From the human T2T-CHM13v2.0 reference genome, Homo sapiens, in the NCBI RefSeq assembly GCF_009914755.1, contig NC_060932.1: a stretch of 64,000 bases of DNA; one strand, written 5' to 3'. A program made the position numbers and the translations under genes. Shown in pieces: positions 51,655 through 64,000 of this stretch. Position 1 is the first letter of the stretch. Every line of letters begins with the position of its first letter. The notes beneath the pieces are model-generated. The model made no database searches. It was not told where the DNA came from and was given only the letters and a program-made list of their open reading frames with translations.

Positions 51655-53931
51655 CCCATTAATATTGGTAATATCACCCTCTCACCTTCCAGATTTTAGG
51701 AACAATATCACAGAAGGGGTGTACACTGCCTGCGATACTGGGAGTAATAGCATTCTCTTCTTCCATGAATATGAGGAGCAATATCACCGGGTGGATGTAC
51801 ACCCACTGCTATACTGGGAGTAACGTCATACTCCACCCCCTGGAGATTATATTCGGATAAATATCACCGGGTGGGTGTACACCTACTGTGATATTGAACG
51901 GAATATCATGCTCTCTCCCTCCCTGGACATTAGGAACAATATCACAGGTGGGTGTACACCCACTGAGGTATTAGGCGTAATATTAGTATTCATTATTACT
52001 CATTTATTATTCATATGAATATGAATTACCAATATTAATATTTAGAAATAATTGCTACTAAAAAGTTTTCAGGTTACTAATATTAATATTATTAGGAGCT
52101 AATATTACTGTATTCTAATGAATAAGATCAGTATCAGTTATTAATATGGGGTGTTATTAATCAATATCAATCATTTATTGTTATTGTTAGTATAACTATT
52201 TAATATTCATTATCATTATTATTGGCATTGATTTTAAAATTATATTATCAGTTATTAATACTGATAATTATAATTAATACCAATAAATACTAATAATTAT
52301 TAGTAGTAATTAACAATTGATACTATTAATTGATATTAATTCATAATTGATATTAATTCCGATAAGTAATATTGCGCCATTCCACACAGTATCGCAGAAA
52401 ACGTACACGCCCCCCGTGATGTTGTTCCTAACAGCCAGAGGTAGACGATGCCATTACGCCAAATAACGCACCGGGTGGGCATCCCTTCTGTGATCTTGTA
52501 GCTAATATCCGGGCGCGGAGAGGACGGTATTAATCCCAATAATCCAGAACGTGTAGACCTCCCCTGTGTTATTGTCCCTAATATCCGAAGGTGGAGAGGA
52601 AGATATACCTCCCAATTTCTCAGGGGTTGTACACCAACCCTGTGACATTGCTCCTAATGTCCAGGGGTAGAGAAAATGACATGACTCACAATATGGCAGG
52701 GGGTGAACACCCCCTTCATGATATTGTTCCTAATATTCAGGGGGGAAGAGTATGATATTCCTCCCAATATCACAGGGGGTGTACTCCCCATATCCCAGAG
52801 GGTGGATAGTATCCCGATTTGTGATGGACTCCTCCACGATGCGGGGAGTAATGTCATCCCCCTCTCCTTCCCTTGCTATTACGATATACATCGCAGCGGG
52901 GCGGGCAACCCCCACGATGCGGGGAGAAATATGACCCCCCCCACCACTGATATGACGAGCCACATCGCAGGGGGGTGGACACTCCCAGTGATGCGGGGAG
53001 TCATATCTATCCCCTTTCCCCATGGATATTAGGAGCCACATCGCAGGGGCGTGGACACTCTCCGCTGATGCGCAGAGTAATTTCAATCCCCGTCCCTCCC
53101 TTCATGTTACCAGCCACTGTGGACACACAGTGTATTTACCATATTTCCAGTAAGATCATCTTTTCCATTGAACCTTATGAACAAGATCACAGAGGGGTGT
53201 ACACCTCCTGCGATATTGGGGGTAATATCATTCTCTCCTCCACTGCATACTGGGAACAATATCACCGGTGCTTGTATTCCCCCTTCCATCTTGGGAGTCA
53301 TATCATACTTGTCTTCCATATATTAAGAACAATAGCAAAGGGGGGGTGGACACTTTGACGATATTGGGAGTAACACCATTCTCTCTACCCCTGGATATTA
53401 GTAGCAATATCACAGGGGGATGTGCATTTCTTGTGATATTGAGAGCAGTATTATTGTCTTCCCCGCTGGATATTAAAAACAATACCACAAGGGGCGTCAA
53501 ACCACCTGCCAAATTTGAGCGAGTGTTATCCTCTCCGCCCCCCTCCGCCCCCGGATATGAGAGACAATAACACAGGGGTAATGTACACCCACAGCTTTAT
53601 TAGGAGAAGTGTCATCCTCTCCTCTCTTGGATATTAGGAACAATATCACAGCGGGGGGTGTACTGCCTCTGCGATATTGGGAGTAAAATTATCCTCTCTT
53701 CCCCTGGATGTGAGGAAGTGTATCAGAGGGGGAGGGTTAACATTCCCTGCGATATTCAATGTAATCTTATGCTCTCCCTCCCAGGGTATTAAGAACAATA
53801 TTACAGGAGGGGTGTACACCCTCTGTGATATTGAGAGTCATATCATCCTCTTTTGCTCTGGACATTAGGAACAATATCACAGGGCTGTGTACACCCCCTG
53901 CGATATTGGGAGTAATATCATCCTGTCGACC
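51655..53931. repeat. SATR1-like satellite (about 75-bp monomers), left block with AT-rich insert and an inverted segment
   Basis: Repeating GGATATTAGGAACAATATCACAGGGGGTGTACACCCCCTGCGATATTGGGAGTAATATCATCCTCTC. This satellite typically accompanies OR7E duplicons. Confidence 0.85.
51978..52365. repeat. AT-rich low-complexity tract
   Basis: Dominated by AATATT/TAAT/ATTA words; it sits between oppositely oriented satellite arms. Confidence 0.85.
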
Positions 53932-54327
53932 TGAGGAGAGAAGCCATTTCTCTGCTGTCTCCTGTCTCTGAAGAGAAGGAGGAAGTAAAAGTTGAAAAAC
54001 AACAGGAATGAAGTCGGTGGCAAGACCAGCCGGTGGCACTGATGAGCCGGCCTGAGGTGAAAAGATTAACCACCCCCACTCTAAGCGCATGTGCTCTCAA
54101 TCCATCACGATTCTTTCACGTGGAACCCCTTAGCGTTGTAAGCCCTTAAACGGGCCAGGAACTCTGTCTTCCTTTGGGGGTCGGGCTCTTAAGACAAGAG
54201 TCTGCCGACACTCCCGGCTGAATAAAAAAATCTCTTCCTTCTTCAATCCACTGTTTGAGGGGCTTAAAATCTCTTCCTTCTTCAATCCACTGTCTGAGGG
54301 GCTTATTCTGCAGCTCCTCCTGCTCCA
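53932..54327 (+). mobile_element. 5' LTR of the provirus (LTR2-family-like)
   Basis: TG...CA termini, AATAAA at 54221, followed by TTTCT-TGGTTC (PBS). Contains a 39-bp tandem duplication at 54227-54304. Confidence 0.85.
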
Positions 54328-54332
54328 TTTCT

Positions 54333-54408
54333 TGGTTCACGTGACTGGGAATCCAACCCAGGCAGCGGCACTGAGAGCGGCAAAGCCTAACCACTAGACT
54401 ACCAGGGG
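54333..54408 (-). pseudogene. Full-length tRNA-Glu(CTC)-derived sequence with encoded CCA (extended retroviral PBS)
   Basis: Minus strand reads CCCCTGGTAGTCTAGTGGTTAGGCTTTGCCGCTCTCAGTGCCGCTGCCTGGGTTGGATTCCCAGTCACGTGAACCA. It is collinear with human tRNA-Glu-CTC (about 12 substitutions and 1 insertion by eye). Anticodon CTC is at 54373-54375. The B box is damaged (GTTGGA). Confidence 0.88.
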
Positions 54409-54410
54409 GA

Positions 54411-55916
54411 CCTAGAACCTTGTGGGAAATAGATTGCTCACAATTAGAAGTGGGTTGGCCATACGAAGGAAGCCTGGACATGTCCCTTGTTTTTAAGGTG
54501 TGGCACGAGGTAACTGGTAAAGGATACCTAGACCAGTTTGCATACATAGACACTTGGTGACAGCTGGTGCTAGACCCCCCACAGTGGCTAAGAGGGCAGG
54601 CAGCAGCAATACTAGTACCAAAGGGACAGATGGCTAAGGAAGGATCCTGCTCCACCCACCCAGAGAAATCAGCTGCTGAAGTTCTGCTCCAGCCAGCATC
54701 AGAAGATCCATTGCAGGAGATGGCACCAGAGATCCCAGTGGTGCCCTCCCCTTACCGGGAAAAGAGGCTCCCCACTCTTGAGCCATCAGTGCTTGCGCCT
54801 CTGTAAGACAAGCATATCCCCAGGCCACCCAGAGTAGACAAGAGAGGAGGCGAGGACTCAGGAGAAACCCCTCCCTTGGCAGCTCATTTAAGACCCAAAA
54901 TGGGGATCCAAATGCCCCTGAGAGAGCAGTGGTATACAGGGATAGATGAGGATGGTCATCTGGTGGGGAGGTGTGTTTTTGGGTACCAGCCCTTCACCTC
55001 TGCCCACCTTCTCAACTGGAAAAATAATACCCCGCCCTATACTGAAAAGCCACAAGCTCTAATTGATTTACTCCAAACTAATATCCGGACCCACAACCCC
55101 ACCTGGGCTGATTGCCACCAGTTGCTCATGTTCCTCTTTAACAGAGATGAAAGGTGGAGAGTGCTCCAAGCAGCAACTAAGTGGCTAGAGGAACACGCAC
55201 CAGCTGATTATCAAAACCCCCAAGAGTATGGAAGGACCCAGTTACCAGGAACTGACCCCCAGGGGGACCCACATGAAAGAGAGGATATGCAAAGGCTAAA
55301 CCAAGACAGAGAAGCTCTCTTGGAAGGATTACAGAGGGGAGCTCAGAAGGCCACAAACGTTAACAAGCTCTCTGAGGTCATTCAGGGAAAAGAAGAAAGT
55401 CCAGCACAATTCTATGAGAGACTGTGTGAGGCCTATGGTATGTGTACTCCCTTTGATCCCAATAGCCCTGAAAATCAGCGCATGATTAGCATGGCTTTAG
55501 TCAGTCAAAGCGCAGAAGACATTAGAAGAAAACTGCAGAAACAGGCTGGGCTTGCAGGGATGAATACATCGCAATGATTAGAAATAGCTAACCAGGTGTT
55601 TGTAAACAGGGAAGCAGTAAGCCGTAAGGAAAACAGCAAAGAGAATGAACGTCAGGCCTGGATAAATGCCAACCTGTTTGTTAGCTGCAGTAATCAGAGG
55701 GGTCACCACAAAGGGCAAGGGAAGGGGGGCCCCGGGAAAGAAACTCAGCTTGGCTGTCAGAGTTTGCAACGTAACCAGTGTGCTGATTGTAAAGAAATAG
55801 GACAGTGGAAGAACAAATGCCCTCAGCTAAAAAGAAAACCAGGTGACTCAGAGCAGGAGGCCCTGGACAAGGAGGAAGGGGCCCTGGTCAACCTGGCAGA
55901 AGTGTTTCTGGACTGA
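54411..55916 (+). pseudogene. HERV-E-like gag, N-terminally truncated with premature stops
   Basis: Single frame from mid-matrix (RTLWEIDCSQLEVGWP) to TGA 55914-16. Internal stops near 54558, 54804 and 55575. Confidence 0.88.
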
Positions 55917-57245
55917 GGGAAACCGGGCTCAAGTGTCCCCAAAAAGCCTCTGGTCAGAATGACAGTCGGGGGTAGAGACATTGATTTTCTTGTAGATACC
56001 GGTGCTGAACATTCGGTAGTAACTACCCCGGTCGCCCCCTTATCCAAAAAGGCTATTGACATCATCGGAGCCACGGGGGTTTCAGCAAAGCAAGCTTTCT
56101 GCTTGCCTCGGACTTGTGCTGTAGGAGGACATAATGTGATTCAGCAGTTTTTGTCCACGCCTGACTGTCCCTTGCGCTGGTTGGGAAGAGACTTGCTTAG
56201 CAAGCTGAGAGCCACTATCTATTTTACAGATCACGGCTCTTTGCTGCTAAAGTTACCTGGAATGGGAGCCATTATGACCCTTACGGTCCCCTGAGAGGAG
56301 GAATGGAGACTTTTCTTAACTGAGCCGTGCCAAGAGTGAAGACCAGCTCTGGCTAAGTGGTGGCCAAGAGTACGGGTGGGACACAACCCTCCAGGGTTGG
56401 CAGTCACCCCAGCCCACATATTCATAGAAGTGAATCCTGGGGCCCAGCCGGTTATGCAAAAACAGGACCGGGTCCCCAGAGAAGCCCTTCAAGGTATCCA
56501 GGTCCATCTCAAGCACCTAAGAACTTTTGGAATTAGAGTTCCTTGTCAGTCTCCATGGAACACTCCCCAGGTATCAGTGCTCCCTCAAGCACCTGATCTT
56601 GTACTTCTTCTAAAGAAGAAGAGGACTTTCTCCAGGTAGAGGGAAGGACAAGTGATGGAGGAAGGATGGATTTGGTTACCAGACGGGAGAGTAGCTGTGC
56701 CACAGCTGCTAGGAGCTGCAGTTGTACTGGCTGTGCAAGAAACCACCCATCGAGGTCAGGAGTTACTGGAAAAGTTGTTAGGCCGGTATTTCTACATCTC
56801 GCCTTTGTCAGCCCTTGCCAAAATGGTGAGGCAGCGGTGTGTTACCTGCCGACAGCATGATGCGAGGCAAGGTCCAGCCGTTCCGCCCAGCATACGAGCT
56901 TATGGAGCAGCCCCCTTTGAAGGTCTCCAGGTGGACTTCACAGAGATGCCAAAGTGTGGAGGTAACAAGTATTTACGAGTTCTTGGGCGTACCTACTCTG
57001 GGTGGGTGGAGGTCTATCCAACATGAACTGAGAAAGCTAGTGAAGTAACCCCTGTGCTTCTTCGAGATGTGATTCCTAGATTTTGACTGCCGTTACGGAT
57101 CGGCTCAGATAACGGGCCTGCGTTTTTGGCTGCCTTGGTACAGAAGACGGCAAAGGTATTGGGGATCACATGGAATTTGCATGACGCCTCCCGGCCTCAG
57201 AGTTCCAGAAAGGTGGAGCGGATGAATCGGACGATCAAAAATAGT
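55917..57245 (+). pseudogene. HERV-E-like pro-pol remnant with RT core and RNase H deleted
   Basis: DTG protease in the same frame as gag. RT breaks after SPWNTP (about 56568) and jumps to the pre-integrase region; no YxDD motif. Integrase is truncated after [11 protein letters not shown]. Confidence 0.88.
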
Positions 57246-59875
57246 GCTATTGTCTTCCCCAGTGGATATTTGAAACAACACCACAAGGGGCGTCAAACCA
57301 CCTGCTAAATTTGAGGGAATGTTATCCTCTCCCCACATCCCCCGGCCCCGGATATTAGAGACAATAACACAGGGGTGATGTACACCCACTGCTTTATTGG
57401 CAGTAATATCATCCTCTCCCTTCTTGGATATTAGGAACAATATCACACTGTGCGTGTAGGCGTGTCGCGAAATTCAATGGAATGTCATCCTGGCCTCCCT
57501 GGATATGACGAACAATATCACGGGGGATGTACAATTTCTGAGATATTGGGAGTGATATCATCCTCTCCCCTCTGGAAGTTAGGGACAATATCACAGGGGT
57601 AGTGTACACCCTCTGGGATGTTGGGACTAATATCATCCTCCTGCCCACTGGATATTAAAAACCATATCACAAGGGGCGTGTACACACACTTCGATATTGG
57701 TATGAATACCATCCTCTCCCTCTTTGGATATTCGGTGCCATATTTCAGGTGGGGTATACACCACCTGATTTTGGTGTATACACCAATACACCACCAATAT
57801 TGGAAGTAATATGATTTTCTCCCTGTTGGATATCAGAAACAATATCACAGGGGGTTGTGAACAACCCCTGCGATATTTGGAGTAATATCATCATCTCCCT
57901 TCATGATTATTAAGAACAATATCGTAGGCGTGGGGGGTGTACACCCCCTTTCATACTGGATATCGTCCTCTTCCCCCCTGGATATTAGGAACAATATCAG
58001 GAAGGGATGTACAGACCTGGCGACCTTTGCTGTCATAGAATTGTCTCTCCCCTAGATATTAGGAAAAATGTCACTGGGGATGTGAACAGCCCTGTGATAT
58101 TGAGAGTAGTATCATCCTCTCCTCCCTTGCATATTGGGAACAACATCACAGGTGGGGTGTACTGCATCTGTGATATTGGGAGTAAAATTTTCCTCTCTTC
58201 CCCTGGACATTAGGAAGGGTATCAGAGGGGGAGGGTGTACATTCCCTGTGATATTCAGCGTAACCATGTCCTCTCCCTCCCAGGGTATTCAGAACAATAT
58301 TACAGGAGGGGTGTACACCCTCTGCGATATTGAGAGTCATATCATCCTCTTTCGCTCTGGATGTTAGGAACAATATCACAGGGTTGTGTACACCCCCTGT
58401 GATATTGGGAGTCATATCATCCTCTCTCCCTGTGGATATTAGGAAGAGTATCACAGGGCTGTGGAAACCCCCTGCGGTACTGGGAGTAATATCATCCTCT
58501 CTCCTTCTGAATATAGGAAGATTTTCACAGGGGTGTGTACACCCTCTGCGATATTGGGAGTAAGATCATCCTCTCCACCCAGGAAATGACTAACAAGGTC
58601 ATGGGGGTGTGTACTCCCCCTGCGATATTGGGAGTAATGTCGTCTTCCCCAAACCTGGATGTTAGCAACGAGATCACAGAGGGGCTGTACACACCCTGCG
58701 ACATTGGAAGTAATATGATCCTCTCCCCACCTGGATACAGGGAAAGATACCACAGCGCGGTGATACGTTTCCTACGCTGTTGGGAGTAATATCATTCTTT
58801 TCCTTTCTGGATATTAGGAAGAATATCACAGGGGTGCTGTACAATTACTTCGATATTGGGAGTAATATCATCCTCTATTTTCCTGGATATTGGGCACGAA
58901 AACACAAAAGGGTGTACAACCCCTGCGATATTGGGAGTAATAGCACACTCTCCTTCCCTGGATGTTAGAAAACAATATCATCAGGGCTGAACACCCGCCG
59001 CGATAATGGGAGTCATATTTACTCTTTCACAGGCCATTTGGAACCATATCACAGGGGGTGTTTACAAACAGGGGTGGTGTACACCCCCTGTGATATTGGG
59101 AGTAACATCATTCTCTCCACCTCCGGATATTAAGAACAATATCCCGGCGGGAGGTGCTACACCGCCAGTGATATTGCGAATAATGTCATCCTCTCCTTCC
59201 CTGGATATTAGGAGCAATATCACAGGGGGGATGTACACCTTCTGTGATATTGGAAGCAATATCATCCTCTCCCCCGCTGGATATTAGAAAAGAATATCAC
59301 TCACTGTGTACACCCACTGTGATATTAGGAAGAATATTGCAGGGTGTACACCCACTCTGACTTTAAGAGAAATAGTTCCCTCAAATGTCCCAAACAATAT
59401 CACAGGTTATACAAGGATATTTCCCTAGGATATTACAAATACTATCACAGGGTGTACATGCACTGTAATATGAGGAATCGTATCTCCCTAGGTGATATTA
59501 GGAGTAATATCTACCTAGTAGATAACAAATAACATGGCAGGGTGTACACCCACTTTGATATTGGCTGTAATATTTTTCTAAGTTGTTACAAATAAGATCA
59601 CCGGGGGTACCAACATGGTGTACACTCACTGTGATATCAGGAGTCGTATCTCTGTAATATATTATGAATAATATCACAGGGTGTACACCCACTGTATTAT
59701 TAGGAGTAAGATCTCTGTAGGATATTACAATTAAGATCACAGGGTGTAGAGCCACAGTGATATTAGGAGAAATATCTTTCTAGGATATTACAAATAATAT
59801 CACAGGGTGTACGCCCACTCTACTGTCAGGAGCAATATCTCCCTAAGATATCAAAAATCCTATCACAGGGTGTCC
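57246..59875 (+). repeat. SATR1/SATR2-like satellite, right block
   Basis: Same monomer up to about 59300, then a shorter variant of about 62 bp (AGGATATTACAAATAATATCACAGGGTGTACACCCACTGTGATATTAGGAG...). Confidence 0.85.
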
Positions 59876-60096
59876 AATCTCTGCCTTCCAGGTTCTAAGG
59901 GATTCTCCTGCTTCAGCCTCCCGAGTAGCTAGGGTTAACGCCACCATGCCTGGCTAATTTTTTTTTTTTATTTTCACTGGAGACGGGGTTTCACCACGTT
60001 GGCCAGGCTGGTCTGGAACTCCTGACCTCAGGTGATCCATCAGCCTCGGCCGCCCAAAGTGCTGGGATTACAGGTGTGAGACATGGTGCTGGGCCA
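59875..60096 (-). mobile_element. Truncated Alu at the satellite end
   Basis: Antisense Alu lacking its 3' part. Confidence 0.9.
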
Positions 60097-60742
60097 GGAG
60101 TTATAGATTCTGTTCATTTGGAAACACAGCTCCCATCTTTCAGTGTGCATGTACTTTTATGAAGAAATGATGTCAGAAAACCGAAGGATGATAATACATA
60201 TGAAAAGTAACAGGCGTGTGAAAAGGTCTTCCGATTGAGAACTGTAAGGTTCGATTTCATTTTCAGATAATGGGGTCCTAGCTCTTGTGTCGTCCTTTTA
60301 CATATTCTACATCAATGGAAGTTGTAGCACGGTGTCAGAATAAAATAGAGTGTATTTCATGGCTTCTTAATTTCTTTCAATTAGACTGAGATATTTTTCT
60401 TAAAGAGAGAAGGACATTTTCATTGCATTGTATTTTTTCTGAAAAGAGTAGGCCGTATTTTACTGAGATCACGGATTTGTTATATATGAAGTTTTAGTCT
60501 TCTAATGTTCTTCAGTGGATATTCTCTAAAGTAGTATATACAGAAAGCCTCGTATAGCAAAAAAGTAAATCACGTAATAATTCTAAGATTTTTGGAATTG
60601 TCACAACTGAGAAACATTGCTGGCGGTGTATGGTCTGCAAGTGTGAAGATGTTCCTTGTGAATTGCTTGCATCTAGCATTAAGGGCTGATTTTTAACTTT
60701 TATTTTTCCAATCCTCTTTCCTTCTCAAGGTGTCCAAGACAC

Positions 60743-61735
60743 ACAGGGCCACGGAATCTCACAGGTGTCTGAGAATTTCTCCTCTTGGGACTCTCAAAGG
60801 ATCCAGAACTGCAGCCAGTCCTCGCTTTGCTGTCCCTGTTCCTGTCCATGTATCTGGTCACGGTGCTGAGGAACCTGCTCAGCATTCTGGCTGTTAGCTC
60901 TGACTCCCCGCTCCACACTCCCGTGTACTTCTTCCTCTCCAACCTGTGCTGGGCTGACATGGGTTTCACCTCGGCCACGGTTCCCAAGATGATTGTGGAC
61001 ATGCAGCCGCATAGCAGAGTCATCTCTCATGCGGGCTGCCTGACACAGATATCTTTCTTGGTCCGTTTTGCATGTATAGAAGGCATGCTCCTGACTGTGA
61101 TGGCCTATGACTGCTTTGTAGCCATCTGTCGCCCTCTGCACTACCCAGTCATCGTGAATCCTCACCTCTGTGTCTTCTTCGTTTTGGTGTCCTTTTTCCT
61201 CAGCCTGTTGGATTCCCAGCTGCACAGTTGCATTGTGTTACTATTCACCATCATAAAGACTGTGGAAATCTCTCATTTTGTCTGTGACCCCTCTCAACTT
61301 CTCAAACTTGCCTGTTCTGACAGCGTCATCAATAGCGTATTCATATATTTCGATAGTACTATGTTTGGTTTTCTTCCCATTTCAGGGATCCTTTTGTCTT
61401 ACTATAAAATTGTCCCCTCCATTCTAAGGATTTCATCATCAGATGAGAAGTATAAAGCCTTCTTCAACTGTGGCTCTCACCTAGCAGTTGTTTGCTGGTT
61501 TTAGGGAACAGGCATTGGCATGTACCTGATTTCAGCTGTGTCACCACCCCCCAGGAATGGTGTGGTGGCATCAGTGATGTACGCTGTGGTCACCCCCATG
61601 CTGAACCTTTTCATCTGCAGCCTGAGAAACAGGGACATACAAAGTGCCCTGCGGAGGCTGCGCAGCAGAACAGTGGAATCTCATGATCTGTTCCATCCTT
61701 TTTCTTGTGTGGGTGAGAAAGGGCAACCACATTAA
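60743..61735 (+). pseudogene. OR7E161P: OR7E-subfamily olfactory receptor pseudogene
   Basis: OR motifs LHTPVYFFLSNL, MAYDCFVAICRPLHY, KAFFNCGSHL and [12 protein letters not shown] lie in one frame. The start codon is lost (ACA at 60743), there are in-frame stops TGA 60770-72 and TAG 61502-04, and the DRY arginine is mutated. The OR7E call is secure; the exact member name is inferred from remembered position relative to DEFB136. Confidence 0.85.
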
Positions 61736-62495
61736 ATCTCTACATCTGCAAATCCTGCCCCTTAGTCACGTTATTTTTGTGGCTTGATGGCTTTTATTCC
61801 TTTCCGCATTTCCTTTGTGAATATTGTTTTCTTCTTTATGTCTTTAACTGGAATGGGTGAGGATTCTGGGATCCTTTGTTTAGCTTAAACCTCATGACTG
61901 AATCATCTATACCTAGGCGGCCTCCTTTGGTTTCTGAGCAATAACCCTGTCATCCAGGTGGAATCACAACCATCTTTTTATATACGTGAAGTCCTCACTT
62001 CATTTTGGAATTCCTTGAAAATTGACTTTATGGAAACAATGTACAGCAGGTCCTCCAACACCACTGGTTCTTCAAAGTTGTGTAGTTATAATGTTGGAGA
62101 GGAATAAGTGGTTTCACTATACCTAATTTTGCTTCAAGGTGAAGTTTCCAAGAGACTTTCAAAGATGTTAAGTGAGGACATACTGTACATCAAATTCATA
62201 TCCTCTTCCACAGTTCATGTGGAATTTCTTTATAAACTTCTTCTAGAGAATCTATTTAGGCAGGTTCTGTGTAGAGATCCATGTCGCCGTTCCTCAATCT
62301 TGGCTTTGAGTCAAATCACCTGGGGAGCTTACACATGATGAGGCCTGGGTCTCATTACCTGAGATTCTGATTTCTCTGCACCTGTGTGAGTGTGTGGATT
62401 TTTTTCTTTTTTTTTTAAAGCACCAGAGGTGGTTGCAATGAGGAAGTTTTTAGAGGCATCAAGCTCCAATGAGTAAGAACAGAAGTTAATTGTAA

Positions 62496-64000
<1,505 letters not shown>

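Larger units (their letters stand above)
53932..57245 (+). mobile_element. Deleted HERV-E-like (ERV1, tRNA-Glu primed) provirus: 5' LTR, partial gag, pro, truncated RT, partial IN; no env or 3' LTR
   Basis: LTR followed by a Glu PBS. Gag CA (LLNWKNNTPPYTEKPQ; QGKEESPAQFYERL major homology region), NC knuckle CADCKEIGQWKNKC, protease LVDTGAEHS, RT start (QSPWNTP), integrase CVTC/VDFT/SDNG/VERMN. Several in-frame stops. Confidence 0.92.

Noticed and set aside
54333-54408. Functional tRNA-Glu gene
   Set aside because: Encoded CCA, broken B box (GTTGGA), disrupted acceptor and anticodon stems, and location at a retroviral PBS.
57409-59755. Numerous short repetitive ORFs (DITPNIAGGVH...)
   Set aside because: Translations of satellite monomers.
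51655-59875. Palindromic repeats with regular spacing, superficially CRISPR-like
   Set aside because: The intervening sequences are themselves repeated (tandem satellite), there are no cas genes, and the context is primate DNA.
60785-61504. 239-aa ORF as a functional olfactory receptor
   Set aside because: TTG start, upstream in-frame stop, lost ATG, stop in TM6 and DRY changed to DCF.

Overview
This is primate (almost certainly human) genomic DNA, not prokaryotic. It matches the 8p23.1 beta-defensin subcluster next to an OR7E segmental duplication. Two intact two-exon beta-defensin genes lie head-to-head: DEFB135 (minus, CDS join 7948-7885, 5848-5679; 77 aa) and DEFB136 (plus, CDS join 15666-15720, 16147-16328; 78 aa). 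About 35 kb of Alu/L1/L2/LTR-rich intergenic DNA follows, with several CTCF-like motifs. From about 51655 a duplicon-type block begins: a palindromic-monomer SATR-type satellite, a deleted HERV-E-like provirus inside it, and an OR7E olfactory receptor pseudogene (60743-61735). Most ORF-track entries are spurious repeat translations. The best second-look items are: (1) a full-length antisense tRNA-Glu(CTC), including CCA, replacing the proviral leader and fused into mid-gag; (2) three independent inverted, fold-back-type rearrangements in Alus (18.5 kb, 30.5 kb, 49.2-50.7 kb); (3) hairpin monomers, an orientation flip and higher-order duplication in the satellite; (4) a speculative relic defensin exon antisense in the DEFB135 intron. 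I found no convincing new multi-gene system. Gene and repeat family names come from memory, not database searches, and repeat boundaries are approximate.
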